This document shows positions 16,813-27,313 of a stretch of 64,000 nucleotides of DNA, piece by piece (the stretch's first letter is position 1; each line of letters begins with the position of its first letter). The stretch comes from an uncultured delta proteobacterium. GTDB lineage: Bacteria; Myxococcota_A; Polyangia; Palsa-1104. A model generated the notes under the pieces. The model saw only the letters and a list, made by a program, of their open reading frames with translations, was not told the origin of the DNA and did not search any database. Both the position numbers and the translations under genes were made by a program. The stretch is from NCBI GenBank assembly GCA_963785725.1, contig CAWAWS010000024.1, positions 6,937-70,936 of the forward strand. Reading direction: 5' to 3'.

Positions 16813-17898
16813 ATGAATCGCAAACGACTACGCGACCGATTCCGCGTCATTGCCGTCGCCATGGTCACGGTGATGCAGCTGCCGGCGGTCGCTTGGCTGT
16901 GCGTCCAGGCGGGCTCGCTGTGGCCGATCGCGCTCGCCGTCGCGCTGTCCTATCCTTATTTGCGGCGCTTGCGGACGCCTTGGAACACCGAAGATCGATC
17001 GTTGTCGATGTTCGTCGCGCTCGGCTGGTGGTCGGCGTGCTTCGTCTTCGCGCTGCTGCTGCCGCTGGCGTGGCTGGCGACGAAGGTCGGCGCCCCGGCC
17101 GGCGTCACGTACGGCGGCGCGGGAATCGTCGCGCTGTGGGGCGGAATCGACGCCGTGCAGCGCCGTCCGCGACTACGCCGTCGTGACATCCGAATCGACG
17201 GCTTGCCCGCCGCCCTCGACGGCTACCGCATCGGTCAGCTGTCCGACGTCCACTGCGGACCGCACACGCCCGAGGCGCGCGTCGCGGAATGGGTCGCGCG
17301 GTTGAACGCCCTCGATCTCGACCTGATGACGGTCACCGGCGACCTCATCACCCACGGCGATAGTCACGTCGCCGCCGTCGCGCGGGCGCTCGGCGGACTG
17401 CGTGCGCGCGATGGCGTCTTCGCCTGCATGGGCAATCACGACTATTTCACCGACGGCGAGAGCTTCGTGTCCGAGCTGTCGCGCGTCGGGCTCGTCGTGC
17501 TGCGCAATCGCGGCGTCGTCATCGAACGCGGCACGGCGCAGCTGTACGTGGCGGGCGTCGACGACACGTGGACCGAACGTCACGACGTCGTCCAGGCGCT
17601 GGCGGCGCGACCCGATGGAATGCCGACGTTGCTGCTCGCGCACGATCCCAACCTGTTCGCGCAAGCGAGCGAACATGCGGTCGATCTCATGCTGTCGGGC
17701 CACACCCACGGCGGTCAGCTCGCCATTCCCGGCGTCCGGCGACTCTCGCTCGCGCGCCTCATCACCCAGTTCACGGCCGGCATTTACCGCCGCGGACGCT
17801 CTTGGCTTTACGTCAATCGGGGAGCCGGCACGACGGGCCCGCCCGTGCGACTCGGCGCGCCTGCCGAGCTCGCCGTTCTCACACTTCGCAGCGCCTGA
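16813..17898 (+). CDS. membrane-anchored metallophosphoesterase
   Basis: N-terminal TM helices, then calcineurin-like motifs LSDVHCG, VTGDLITHG, GNHDYF, LAHDP and SGHTHGGQ. Confidence 0.85.
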   Translation: MNRKRLRDRFRVIAVAMVTVMQLPAVAWLCVQAGSLWPIALAVALSYPYLRRLRTPWNTEDRSLSMFVALGWWSACFVFALLLPLAWLATKVGAPAGVTYGGAGIVALWGGIDAVQRRPRLRRRDIRIDGLPAALDGYRIGQLSDVHCGPHTPEARVAEWVARLNALDLDLMTVTGDLITHGDSHVAAVARALGGLRARDGVFACMGNHDYFTDGESFVSELSRVGLVVLRNRGVVIERGTAQLYVAGVDDTWTERHDVVQALAARPDGMPTLLLAHDPNLFAQASEHAVDLMLSGHTHGGQLAIPGVRRLSLARLITQFTAGIYRRGRSWLYVNRGAGTTGPPVRLGAPAELAVLTLRSA

Positions 17899-18024
17899 TC
17901 TCGGATCCCTCCGCCGCTCCTGTCATTTAGCAGTGCAGCGCGCCCCGACCGCTCAGGTCCACGACTGCGCTTGCTTGTTCATCGACGAGCCGCATCATCC
18001 TCCCAATCGACCAGGAGATGACGA

Positions 18025-18513
18025 ATGCGCCGATTCTTTGCCGTCGTCGGGGCCGGGCTCGCCGGTGCGGCGTCGCTCTCGATCCTCAATGAAATCAGCC
18101 GCCGCCTCGATCCGAGGGCACCTCGGCTCGAGCTCATCGGCGAACGCGCGCTCGCCGCCGGGCTACGCCGCGCGGGTGCTCGCCGTCCACGACCGACGAA
18201 GCTGCGGCGGCTCGGCATCTTGAGCGATCTCGTCGCCAACTCGATCGTTTATGGCGCGCTCTTCGCCGGTCGACCGCGCCCGTGGCGACGCGGCACGCTC
18301 GGCGGCCTCGTCGCCGGCATCGCGGCGCTCGCGACCGCTCCTGCGCTCGGCATCGACCGTCGACTGCGCGCAGCGCCCGCCGCGACGCAGCTCGCGCTCG
18401 CACGCTACCTCGGCGCCGGCCTGGCGGCGTCCGCGCTGTATGCCGGGCTCATGGCGGAGCGACGACCGATGCATACGCAGTCGCTGCCGATCTCGCGCGC
18501 CGCGCTGCAATGA
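18025..18513 (+). CDS. hypothetical membrane protein
   Basis: AGGAG (18013-18017) then ATG 18025. 3-4 Gly/Ala-rich hydrophobic segments. Confidence 0.45.
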   Translation: MRRFFAVVGAGLAGAASLSILNEISRRLDPRAPRLELIGERALAAGLRRAGARRPRPTKLRRLGILSDLVANSIVYGALFAGRPRPWRRGTLGGLVAGIAALATAPALGIDRRLRAAPAATQLALARYLGAGLAASALYAGLMAERRPMHTQSLPISRAALQ

Positions 18514-18636
18514 GCGCGATTCGCGACCGGACGTGACGGCTGCAAGTGACAGATGCCGGCTGGAACGGCGACTGCAAAGATCAACCGCGAAGCGAAGCAG
18601 GCAAAGACCACTCGGCAAACAAAGGAGGAGAATCCA

Positions 18637-19035
18637 ATGAACCGCAGGCTCGGAAATTTCGTTAGGGCGTCGTTATTCGCACTTCCGTTTGCGCTGCCCG
18701 CCGTGGCATCCGCGCAGTCGGCCGGCGGTAGCAGCTCGGGGACGATCGGAGCGACGGATAACACATCGGCTCGGCAGAGCGCCACGACCACGACGACGAC
18801 GCAGACTGACACCTTCGATGACGGCAAGCCCACGGGCAGCGACGCGCGTACCGGCAATCTGGGAATCGATCGCGAAGGCAACAGCACCCGTGACAGCGAT
18901 CCCGTTCGGAGCAGCGATACGACCGGCGACGTCGACCAGCACATGACGAAACAAAAGGCGACGCAAGACACGACGACGACGCATGACAGCACGTCGAGCA
19001 CGACCACTCCCGACAAAGACCACGACGCACCCTGA
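18637..19035 (+). CDS. secreted low-complexity Thr/Ser/Asp-rich protein
   Basis: AGGAGGAG (18623-18630) then ATG 18637. Signal ...ALPFALPAVASA|QS. Remainder is disordered (TTTTTTQTDTFDDG...TTTHDSTSSTTTPDKDHD). Confidence 0.55.
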   Translation: MNRRLGNFVRASLFALPFALPAVASAQSAGGSSSGTIGATDNTSARQSATTTTTTQTDTFDDGKPTGSDARTGNLGIDREGNSTRDSDPVRSSDTTGDVDQHMTKQKATQDTTTTHDSTSSTTTPDKDHDAP

Positions 19036-19058
19036 TCTCGACAGCCTACGCGGGTAGG

Positions 19059-19526
19059 CTAAGTCGCGATCGCGCCGACGATCGCGGTCGTCGCACGAAG
19101 ATAGTCCGTCGGGGCGATCATAATCTGCGTGCCGCGAACACCGGCCGAAATCGACACGACATCGAAGAGCTCGACGGTCTCGTCGACGTAGACGGGATAG
19201 TCCTTCTTGCACGCGAGCGCCGTCACGCCGCCGCGAACATAGCCCGTCAGCGGCTGCACCTCTTTGAGCGCGACGGTGTCGACCTTGCGATCGCCCGTCA
19301 GACGCGCCAACGCCTTCAGGTCGAGCTGCGTGTCTCCCGGAACGACCGCCAGGCAAACACCCTTGCGATCTCCGCGCGCGACCAATGTCTTGAACACCTG
19401 AGCGGAAGGCAGGCCAATCTTTTCGGCCACGCGTTCAGCCGTCAGATCATTCGGGTCTACTTCGTAGGTCCGGAGCTCGTAAGCGATGCCGAGCGAATCC
19501 AAGATGCGTGCTGCGTTCGTCTTCAT
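19059..19526 (-). CDS. ybaK: Cys-tRNA(Pro)/Cys-tRNA(Cys) deacylase YbaK
   Basis: Full-length match to the YbaK/EbsC pattern: MKTNAARILD...YELRTYEVD...VFKTLV...GYVRGGVT...ISAG. Confidence 0.85.
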   Translation of the reverse strand: MKTNAARILDSLGIAYELRTYEVDPNDLTAERVAEKIGLPSAQVFKTLVARGDRKGVCLAVVPGDTQLDLKALARLTGDRKVDTVALKEVQPLTGYVRGGVTALACKKDYPVYVDETVELFDVVSISAGVRGTQIMIAPTDYLRATTAIVGAIAT

Positions 19527-19765
19527 GAGCCTCGAGCCTCATCGCGTTTCAGAAATCCTTGGAGCCCGAATGTCGCCGCCACGTCACGTCTGCCGTCACA
19601 CGATTTCGCGAGCGCATACGGATAGATCCTCGAAACCGTAGCGTAGCGCTCGTGCGCGCACAATCCTTGTGCTGACAACGGATCCAGCGTCAGCTGAAAT
19701 GCCGCGTCGAGCGCGCCGAGAGCGGCGGCGTAGGTTTCCTGCAATCGAGGAATTGAGCGATCCAT
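19523..19765 (-). CDS. small hypothetical protein upstream of ybaK
   Basis: Internal ATG 19765. ATGA overlap with the ybaK start (19523-19526). Its start codon overlaps the divergent patatin ATG (19764) by 2 nt. Confidence 0.35.
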   Translation of the reverse strand: MDRSIPRLQETYAAALGALDAAFQLTLDPLSAQGLCAHERYATVSRIYPYALAKSCDGRRDVAATFGLQGFLKRDEARGS

Positions 19766-20768
19766 GACCACGACTTCGAACGGAACGACGGCTATCGTGC
19801 TCGCCGGCGGCGTCGCCAAAGGGGCCTTCGAAGCGGGCGCCATTCAGGTGCTGGTCGAGCACGGCGTCAAGCTGGCACAGGTCGTCGGCACGAGCTCGGG
19901 CGCGCTCAATGCGATCCTGCTTGCCGCCGCCATTCGCGCCAACCGCGAACGCGAGGCCATGCCGGATCTGCTCAACTTGTGGCGTGACGAGGCGAGCTGG
20001 ATGCACGTCTTTCACTTCACGGTTCGCGACGCGCTGCGCCGGCGGGCGCTCTCCGACTCGACGAAGCTGCTGCACTTGATGCGGACCGAAATCCCCAAAG
20101 TCGCCACGGCAGCCGTGAATCCGGTGCGTTTGCACCTCGTCGTCTCCGCCATTGACGGCGTCGTCGGCCAACTGGGCTCGGAGCGCGCCACCACCTTCGA
20201 GGGCGTGTGCTCGTTCGAAGGCGAGGACTTCGATGACGACGCCGGACGCGAGCGCGTCTACGCCGCAGCCGCTGCGTCGGCGGCCTTTCCGGTCGTCTTT
20301 CGGCCGGTGCAAGTCGCGGGCATCGGGCCCTGCTACGACGGCGCGATCGTCAACGACACGCCGTTGAAGCTGGCGATCGACGGCGGCGCCGATCGCGTCA
20401 TCGTCATCGCGCCCTATCCCGCGGAGTTCAAGCCGCGGCCGACGGCGGGTGGCATCGAGATGCTCACCCACCTCGTCGACATGTTGACGCACGAACGACT
20501 GTTTCGCGATCTGCTGCAAGCGCAGAAGACGAATGACTCGATCGAGCGGTTGCGCGCGCTCGTGCTTCGCGGCGAGCTGACGGGACAGCAGCTCGACGTG
20601 ATCTTGCGTCAGCTGGACATTAGACCGATCGAGGTCATCACGATCCGGCCGCCGGGCGAGCTGGAGGGAAACGCGTTCGCCGGTTTCGCCGAGCGGCGGC
20701 TTCGCGAAGCTTACCTCGTTGCCGGGCAGACGGCGGCGCGCCTGGCGCTTCCTTCGCTGCGGCGCTGA
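19764..20768 (+). CDS. patatin-like phospholipase
   Basis: Oxyanion loop LAGGVAKGAF, nucleophile GTSSG and catalytic Asp DGAIVND. Confidence 0.85.
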   Translation: MTTTSNGTTAIVLAGGVAKGAFEAGAIQVLVEHGVKLAQVVGTSSGALNAILLAAAIRANREREAMPDLLNLWRDEASWMHVFHFTVRDALRRRALSDSTKLLHLMRTEIPKVATAAVNPVRLHLVVSAIDGVVGQLGSERATTFEGVCSFEGEDFDDDAGRERVYAAAAASAAFPVVFRPVQVAGIGPCYDGAIVNDTPLKLAIDGGADRVIVIAPYPAEFKPRPTAGGIEMLTHLVDMLTHERLFRDLLQAQKTNDSIERLRALVLRGELTGQQLDVILRQLDIRPIEVITIRPPGELEGNAFAGFAERRLREAYLVAGQTAARLALPSLRR

Positions 20769-20923
20769 TTCGTTCACGCGCAGTCTTCCGCGCACTGCGC
20801 TTCGTCATCCGTCGCCGTTGCGATCGCCGATTGCGCGCTCTTCCGCATCGTTCTGCCGCCCTCGTTGCGATCTACTGTGATCGGCCTAAGATCAAAAAGT
20901 AACGGCAAGAGATGGAGGCGAAG

Positions 20924-21238
20924 ATGAGCGAACGAAACAAGATCGTGCGCCAGCGCAGTCGCCGTCCGGACGACGCCGACGCCTTCCTGCCGGACCCAGA
21001 CGGTGGCCCGGCGCGTATCAAAGACGATCTCGCGCAAGAGCTCGCCGAGGAATTCTTGATGGCGGCGACCTCCGGCGAGTACGTCAGCGAAGACGAAATG
21101 GACCAAGAAGTGCCTGAAGAGAGCGGCGGACCGTTTGTCATCAGCTCGAGCCGCGCCGAGTTCGCCAGCGGCACCGACGACTCCAACCCCGTCGACGCGA
21201 AGCGCGAGGCCGTGCCCTCGCCGATGCGCGGACGCTGA
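20924..21238 (+). CDS. acidic hypothetical protein
   Basis: GGAGG (20914-20918) favours ATG 20924 over ATG 20912. Sequence is Asp/Glu-rich (LAEEFLMAATSGEYVSEDEMDQEVPEES). Confidence 0.5.
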   Translation: MSERNKIVRQRSRRPDDADAFLPDPDGGPARIKDDLAQELAEEFLMAATSGEYVSEDEMDQEVPEESGGPFVISSSRAEFASGTDDSNPVDAKREAVPSPMRGR

Positions 21239-21294
21239 CGACACATCGAACGCGACATCGAGGCTGCAAAGCGAGCGTTACGGAATGTGCGGAA

Positions 21295-22569
21295 TTACGG
21301 GCAATACGTGAGGCAGGCGCTGCTCGTCGAATCGCACTGACCGGATAAGCACTGGTCGACGGCCGAATCGCTCGTATTGCAGGCGTTGCCATAAGGGACT
21401 TCGGCGGCGCACACGCTGCTGGCGTTGCAGTACAGGCCGACGTGGCAGTCGTTCGACGTCTGGCACGAATAGCCGGCGGTGCCGATGGCCGTGCACTTCT
21501 TGCTGCCGGCGTCGCACGTGGCGTCGAAGGTGCAGCCGGTCTCGGTCGCCGTCGGATCGCACGTCTTGGTGATGTCGAGCCAGCTGGCGCAGGTGCCCGA
21601 CTTGCCGACGGTCGTGCCGTCCGAGACGGTCAGGCCGATGCAGTCGAGCGACGGCCCGCACGCGTCGGAGTCGGTGCAGCTCGCGCCCGACTGCAACAGC
21701 GCCGTGCACTTGGCCGTGCCCGTGCTGACGCTGCAGTAGAGCCCGACGTCGCAGTCGGTGCTGGCGGCGCAGCTGCCGCCGCTCTTGACGACCGCGCCGC
21801 AGGTGCCGCCGGTGCCGTCGTCCGCTTCGCCTTTGCACACGAGACCGGGCTGGCACGGCTGCGCCGCGCCGCAGGGCAAGCCGCTCGTGCCTTTGGCGAC
21901 GCACACGGCGGTGTCGGAAGCGCAGTAGCTGTTGTTGTCGCAGACGGCGCTGGCGCAGGAGAAGCCGGCGGTCGCAAACGCCTTGCACGTGCCGGCGCAG
22001 CCGTCGCCCGGCACCAAGCAGAAGCCGTTGGTGCACTCGAAGCTGCCGCGGCAGCCGACGCCGTTGGCGACCGTGCCTTTGATTACGCCGCTGCACGCGT
22101 TCTGGATGGCGTTGCCGTCGGCGAGCCCGCAGCCGCCGGCGGCGATGGCGGCCAAGCAGGCCTGGGTCACGGTCGTGTCGAGCGTGGCGCGATTGGCGGC
22201 GATGCCGTCGTCGGGCGTATACGGCGGCGGCGACGTGATCGACAGCGTCTGCTCGGCCTGGCAGCTGGCGTCCTCCGACGTCGCCACGAAGCCGCAGCGC
22301 TCGAAGTGTTTGCACAGCGCGGTCGCGTACTGCGCCGTGAACGTCGCGAAGGGCCCGGTCTCGGGAGCGCCTGACGGCGGCAACGGTCCGCCGGTGCCGT
22401 TGCTGAACAGATCGGCGCCGGCCAAGTCGGTGCTGAGGCCGACGTGCGTGCCCATGTCGTCGGCGCCGATGATGCCGGAGTCGACGTTGCTGATCTTGAC
22501 GTTGTTGCTGCAGCCGCTCCAGCTGGCCAAGGCGAATAGGACTAAGCAGTGACACCAAGCTCGGCTCAT
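21295..22569 (-). CDS. Cys-rich repeat lipoprotein
   Basis: Internal ATG 22569. Lipobox LASWSG|C. C-terminal half has about 8 repeats of G.SC....DC..GL.C......C (myxobacterial Cys-rich repeat type). Confidence 0.75.
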   Translation of the reverse strand: MSRAWCHCLVLFALASWSGCSNNVKISNVDSGIIGADDMGTHVGLSTDLAGADLFSNGTGGPLPPSGAPETGPFATFTAQYATALCKHFERCGFVATSEDASCQAEQTLSITSPPPYTPDDGIAANRATLDTTVTQACLAAIAAGGCGLADGNAIQNACSGVIKGTVANGVGCRGSFECTNGFCLVPGDGCAGTCKAFATAGFSCASAVCDNNSYCASDTAVCVAKGTSGLPCGAAQPCQPGLVCKGEADDGTGGTCGAVVKSGGSCAASTDCDVGLYCSVSTGTAKCTALLQSGASCTDSDACGPSLDCIGLTVSDGTTVGKSGTCASWLDITKTCDPTATETGCTFDATCDAGSKKCTAIGTAGYSCQTSNDCHVGLYCNASSVCAAEVPYGNACNTSDSAVDQCLSGQCDSTSSACLTYCP

Positions 22570-23214
22570 CGATCGGTTCCCCTTTTTGGGCCCCGCTATC
22601 GCAACGGCCATGCCAGCGTCGGCCGACGGCCAGGACGCGGCCGCGGCGCGCCGAGCCACCGCGCCGATCGCCAAGCGCGACGCTCGTTTACGCCGGCCGG
22701 CCGGCGTCGCCGGCGACGCAGCCGCGACCGCCTTATCCGACACGAACGCGCCCTGAACCCGACGCCGATGCTGCGTTTCGAGTGGGGCCCCAACTCCCGC
22801 GCCTGTGGCTGCCAGACTCACGCCGCGTAACATCTAAGCCGACGTACTCAGCCACGTTTTACATCCCGATGGTTGCTTTACCGAGACGTCTCATTCGGTG
22901 CAGCTCCTGCAAAGAAACAGCGCGCCGCCCGAGCTGGCGCGGCGCGCCCGGTGGTCAGGCTCGTTCGGTCGACTCGATCAACTCAACCGAGAACCTGCAA
23001 CTGCTCGCGCACGCCAGCTGCGTCTTGCGCTGCTCCCGCAAGAGCTCAGCAACTCGCCCGGCCCGTCCGATCTGACAGAGGCAACTCCAATGCGGCGAAG
23101 GAGCATCGCGAGCCGAGCGCGAGCTGGCGTGGCCGCTGTCGGTCGCGCCAAACGACATCAGACGCTGAGCAGAACGCTGTGTTGTTTGATATCAACATTG
23201 CCTTGGAAGCACAC

Positions 23215-23652
23215 ATGCGCAGCATCGTTGTGATCAGCTTGGCTCTTGCCGGATGCGGCTCGGACACGACTGTCGCAGACCGATCGGATCTTGCTCAATC
23301 GGACCTCGCTGGGTGCCTCGGCGGTGTTACAGCGCCAACCACGTCCACGTCATGCGGTTCAATGACGTGCGCACCGGGCTCGATCTGCGTGGCGCATCAG
23401 CCGGGTGTGCCGCCGGCCCGCGACCTGTCGTTTCCCCTCGATGGCGGGCGCGCCGTGGATGGCGGCTTGCCCGTCTCCGACCCCTACAACCACTCGTGCC
23501 TCGCGCTGCCGGCAGCATGCCAAAGCTGTGGCGGATGCGACGCACCGCCGGGCTCGGGTGGCCGGTACTTCGGCTGCTTCTCGTCGATCTGCGACTCCTA
23601 CGAGACGGGCTGCAGCTTCGATGGCGCGACGCTCACCTGTATAGGCGTCTGA
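23215..23652 (+). CDS. small Cys-rich lipoprotein
   Basis: Internal ATG 23215. Lipobox LALAG|C. 12 Cys in 145 aa. Confidence 0.6.
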   Translation: MRSIVVISLALAGCGSDTTVADRSDLAQSDLAGCLGGVTAPTTSTSCGSMTCAPGSICVAHQPGVPPARDLSFPLDGGRAVDGGLPVSDPYNHSCLALPAACQSCGGCDAPPGSGGRYFGCFSSICDSYETGCSFDGATLTCIGV

Positions 23653-23764
23653 GGCAGCCGCACGTCCGTCCCGACGCTGCGCGGACGCTGGCTGCCGTTG
23701 CCGTCGGGCCCAACGTGCCCAGGTCACAGCCGCGACGACCGCGAAGCGGTATCTTCGGCTGACC

Positions 23765-24175
23765 ATGCGCCTCCAGCTCGCTCTCGTGGCCGCTCTGGTG
23801 CTGTCCCTCGGGTCCGGCTGCGCGCACCTCTCGATGACCTCCGAGCCGACGATGGTCGAGGTGAATGGACCGCCGCCGACTCCTCCGACACTCCCGCCCG
23901 CGCCCGAGCGTTGGACCCGGCGCAAGGCGCTGTTGGCAACCGGCATCGCCATCGGCGGGGTCGGCACGGTGCTGCTGGTCGGAGGCGGAGCCGGTTACGG
24001 CGTCGCCGTGCGCGACCGCGAAGAGACCCTCAAGTCCAGTTGTAACCATCCCTCCGTCGACTGCGGTCAGTTTCCGCTCGACGCCGGCGCCGACATCGAC
24101 ACGATGATCGTCGGCGGCGTTCACGTGGTCGTCGGGCTGGTGCTCACGCTCGTCGGGCTCAGCCGGCACGACTGA
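23765..24175 (+). CDS. lipoprotein with two predicted TM segments
   Basis: Lipobox LSLGSG|C, Pro-rich stretch, then helices LLATGIAIGGVGTVLLVGG and IVGGVHVVVGLVLTLVGL. Confidence 0.6.
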   Translation: MRLQLALVAALVLSLGSGCAHLSMTSEPTMVEVNGPPPTPPTLPPAPERWTRRKALLATGIAIGGVGTVLLVGGGAGYGVAVRDREETLKSSCNHPSVDCGQFPLDAGADIDTMIVGGVHVVVGLVLTLVGLSRHD

Positions 24176-24235
24176 AGGCACCGCCGAAGATCGCGCCAGG
24201 GCGGACTGGCAGACTCACGCCAGCGACGGCAACCG

Positions 24236-24478
24236 TCAGTCGCCGGGCGTGGCATCGCTGGCGTCGACCAGCTCGAAGAACGCGTCGATCGACTGCAGCA
24301 ACTGCGCGCGGATCTCGTCGCGCGTGCCCGACATCGTGTGCAGCGCCAGATCTTCGTCGGCGCCGTCGAAGCCGCGAAACGTCGCGTGCATGTGCGGACC
24401 GCCGGCCGCGGCCCGACCGTTGAAAAGGCGCAATCCATAGACGAGCGTCAGCTGCTCCCGAACGATCTTCAACGCCAT
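24236..24478 (-). CDS. small hypothetical protein (80 aa)
   Basis: ATG 24478 preceded by GGGAGG. Non-shadow composition. Confidence 0.5.
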   Translation of the reverse strand: MALKIVREQLTLVYGLRLFNGRAAAGGPHMHATFRGFDGADEDLALHTMSGTRDEIRAQLLQSIDAFFELVDASDATPGD

Positions 24479-24546
24479 GACGAGGCCTCCCGGGCGCGAA
24501 CATACGCGAACCTACGCCCGATTTCTCTCGTGTAGGATGCCGCGCG

Positions 24547-25038
24547 ATGGTCGATGAGAGTGAGGCGCCGCCGATTCGTCCGGTCAGGCGCGAAGATCTG
24601 CCGCAAATTCTCGCGCTGCAGAAGCTGGCCTTCGCGTCGGAAGCGGCGCGCTACGACGATCCGCTGCTGCCGCCATTGACGCAGACGCTGCCCGAGCTGG
24701 AGGCGGAATTCGCGCGCAGCCGCTTCCTGCAGATCGTCGCCGGCGACGCCGTCATCGGCTCGGTGCGCGGTCGCGTCGACGAGGCCGGCACCGGCCACAT
24801 CGGCCGCCTCATCGTCGCGCCCGACGAGCAAGGCCGCGGCCTCGGCGGCCGCCTCGTGCGCGCCATCGAGGCCGAGCTGGCCGAAGCCGTGCGCTTCGAG
24901 CTGTTCACCGGCGACCGCAGCCTCGGCCCCATCAAGCTCTACGAGCGCCTCGGCTATCGTCGCTACAAGACCATCCCCAACGGCAGCCACGCGCTCGTCT
25001 ACATGGAAAAGCGCCCATGGCCGCCGCGCGACAAATGA
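24547..25038 (+). CDS. GNAT family N-acetyltransferase
   Basis: Acetyl-CoA motif A: RLIVAPDEQGRGLGGRLV...LYERLGY. Confidence 0.85.
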   Translation: MVDESEAPPIRPVRREDLPQILALQKLAFASEAARYDDPLLPPLTQTLPELEAEFARSRFLQIVAGDAVIGSVRGRVDEAGTGHIGRLIVAPDEQGRGLGGRLVRAIEAELAEAVRFELFTGDRSLGPIKLYERLGYRRYKTIPNGSHALVYMEKRPWPPRDK

Positions 25039-25055
25039 GCTAAGTTCGCATCGCG

Positions 25056-26153
<1,098 letters not shown>

Positions 26154-26728
26154 TTCCGGCCGCCGCGGTCGCGGCTTCGGCTCAGCCGCCCGGCCGCGGT
26201 CGTAGCGGAGCCGGCCGCACCACACAGCGGGCAGCTCTTCGTCAGCTCGGTGACCGTTCCGCAGTCGCGACAATCGGCTCTGTAGCCGTGAAATCCCGGC
26301 TCGTGCAGCTCGGTCGAGGTCCGCGCCTTCTCGGCGCGCTTGCCCTCGTGCAGCACCCGCGCCGGCACCAGCGCCGTATAACGCACCTCCTCGCCGTCGC
26401 AGCGCGCGCACGTCGCCGGCACCGGCCAGCGATTCTCGGTCGCCAAGATCGTCGCCAGCTGGTCGGGCGCGTTGCAGCGCGGGCAGACGTCGGCGTGCCA
26501 CAGCGCGGCTTTGCAGTCGGCGCAGGCGATGTCGAACACGCCGTCGACGAAGCGCTCGCCGTCGTACATCCAGGTCAGCGCGCCCACCGGCTCGCCGCCG
26601 AGCAGCGGCAAGCGCCCATCGACGTAGGTGCGAAACAGCAGCCGATGCGAGCCACACGCCGTGCAGCCGCGATCGACCGCCGCGTCCAGCCCCGGCTCAT
26701 CCAACATGCCCATGCGCGAGAGCCTACG

Positions 26729-27313
26729 TCATTCTTGGGCGGAGGTAATGCGCGCTTCGATGCGCCGGTCGGGCACGAGCCACATCAGCGCCACGCCCAC
26801 GTAGATCGCCGCCGCGATCCACGGACGCACGAACGCCAGCGGAATCGCCGCCAGGTACGCAACCGCCGAGGCGCGCCCTTTGAAGTCGTTGCCAATCGCC
26901 GCCGCCAGCGGCGAATCCGGCCCTTGATGGGCGACGATGAGGTTCTGCAGGATCACGTAGGCGACGCCCGCGAACAGCAGCACCATGCCGTAAAACGCCG
27001 TCGGCAACGACGCCAAATGCGTCTCGCCGATCCAGCCGGTCGCGAACGGCACCAGCGACAGCCAAAAGAGCAGATGCAGATTGGCCCACAAGATCTTGCC
27101 GTTGATCTGCCTGGTCATATGCAGCATGTGATGATGGTTGTTCCAGTAAATCCCCACGAACACGAACGACAACACGTAGGCGCAGAACGTCGGCGCCAGC
27201 GCGCGCAGCGACGGCAAGTCCTCGCCGTGCGGCAGCTTCAGCTCGAGCACGAGGATGGTGATGAGGATCGCCAGCACGCCGTCGCTGAACGCCTCGAGCC
27301 GCCCCTTGCTCAT
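26729..27313 (-). CDS. TMEM175-family (DUF1211) potassium channel
   Basis: Internal ATG 27313. TM1 signature RLEAFSDGVLAILITILVLEL (RxxxFSD). Six hydrophobic helices. ATGA overlap with the upstream gene. Confidence 0.85.
   Translation of the reverse strand: MSKGRLEAFSDGVLAILITILVLELKLPHGEDLPSLRALAPTFCAYVLSFVFVGIYWNNHHHMLHMTRQINGKILWANLHLLFWLSLVPFATGWIGETHLASLPTAFYGMVLLFAGVAYVILQNLIVAHQGPDSPLAAAIGNDFKGRASAVAYLAAIPLAFVRPWIAAAIYVGVALMWLVPDRRIEARITSAQE

Noticed and set aside
15326-16816. 496-aa plus-strand ORF
   Set aside because: It is antisense to the thioredoxin-TPR gene and is an Arg/Ala-rich shadow.
19764-20768. Patatin-like lipase as a CBASS/defence effector
   Set aside because: There is no cyclase, nucleotidyltransferase or other defence gene adjacent. 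The neighbours are ybaK and an acidic hypothetical protein.
22955-23158. 67-aa minus-strand ORF in the large intergenic gap
   Set aside because: No RBS, no motif and only moderate third-position GC, so support is insufficient to call it.
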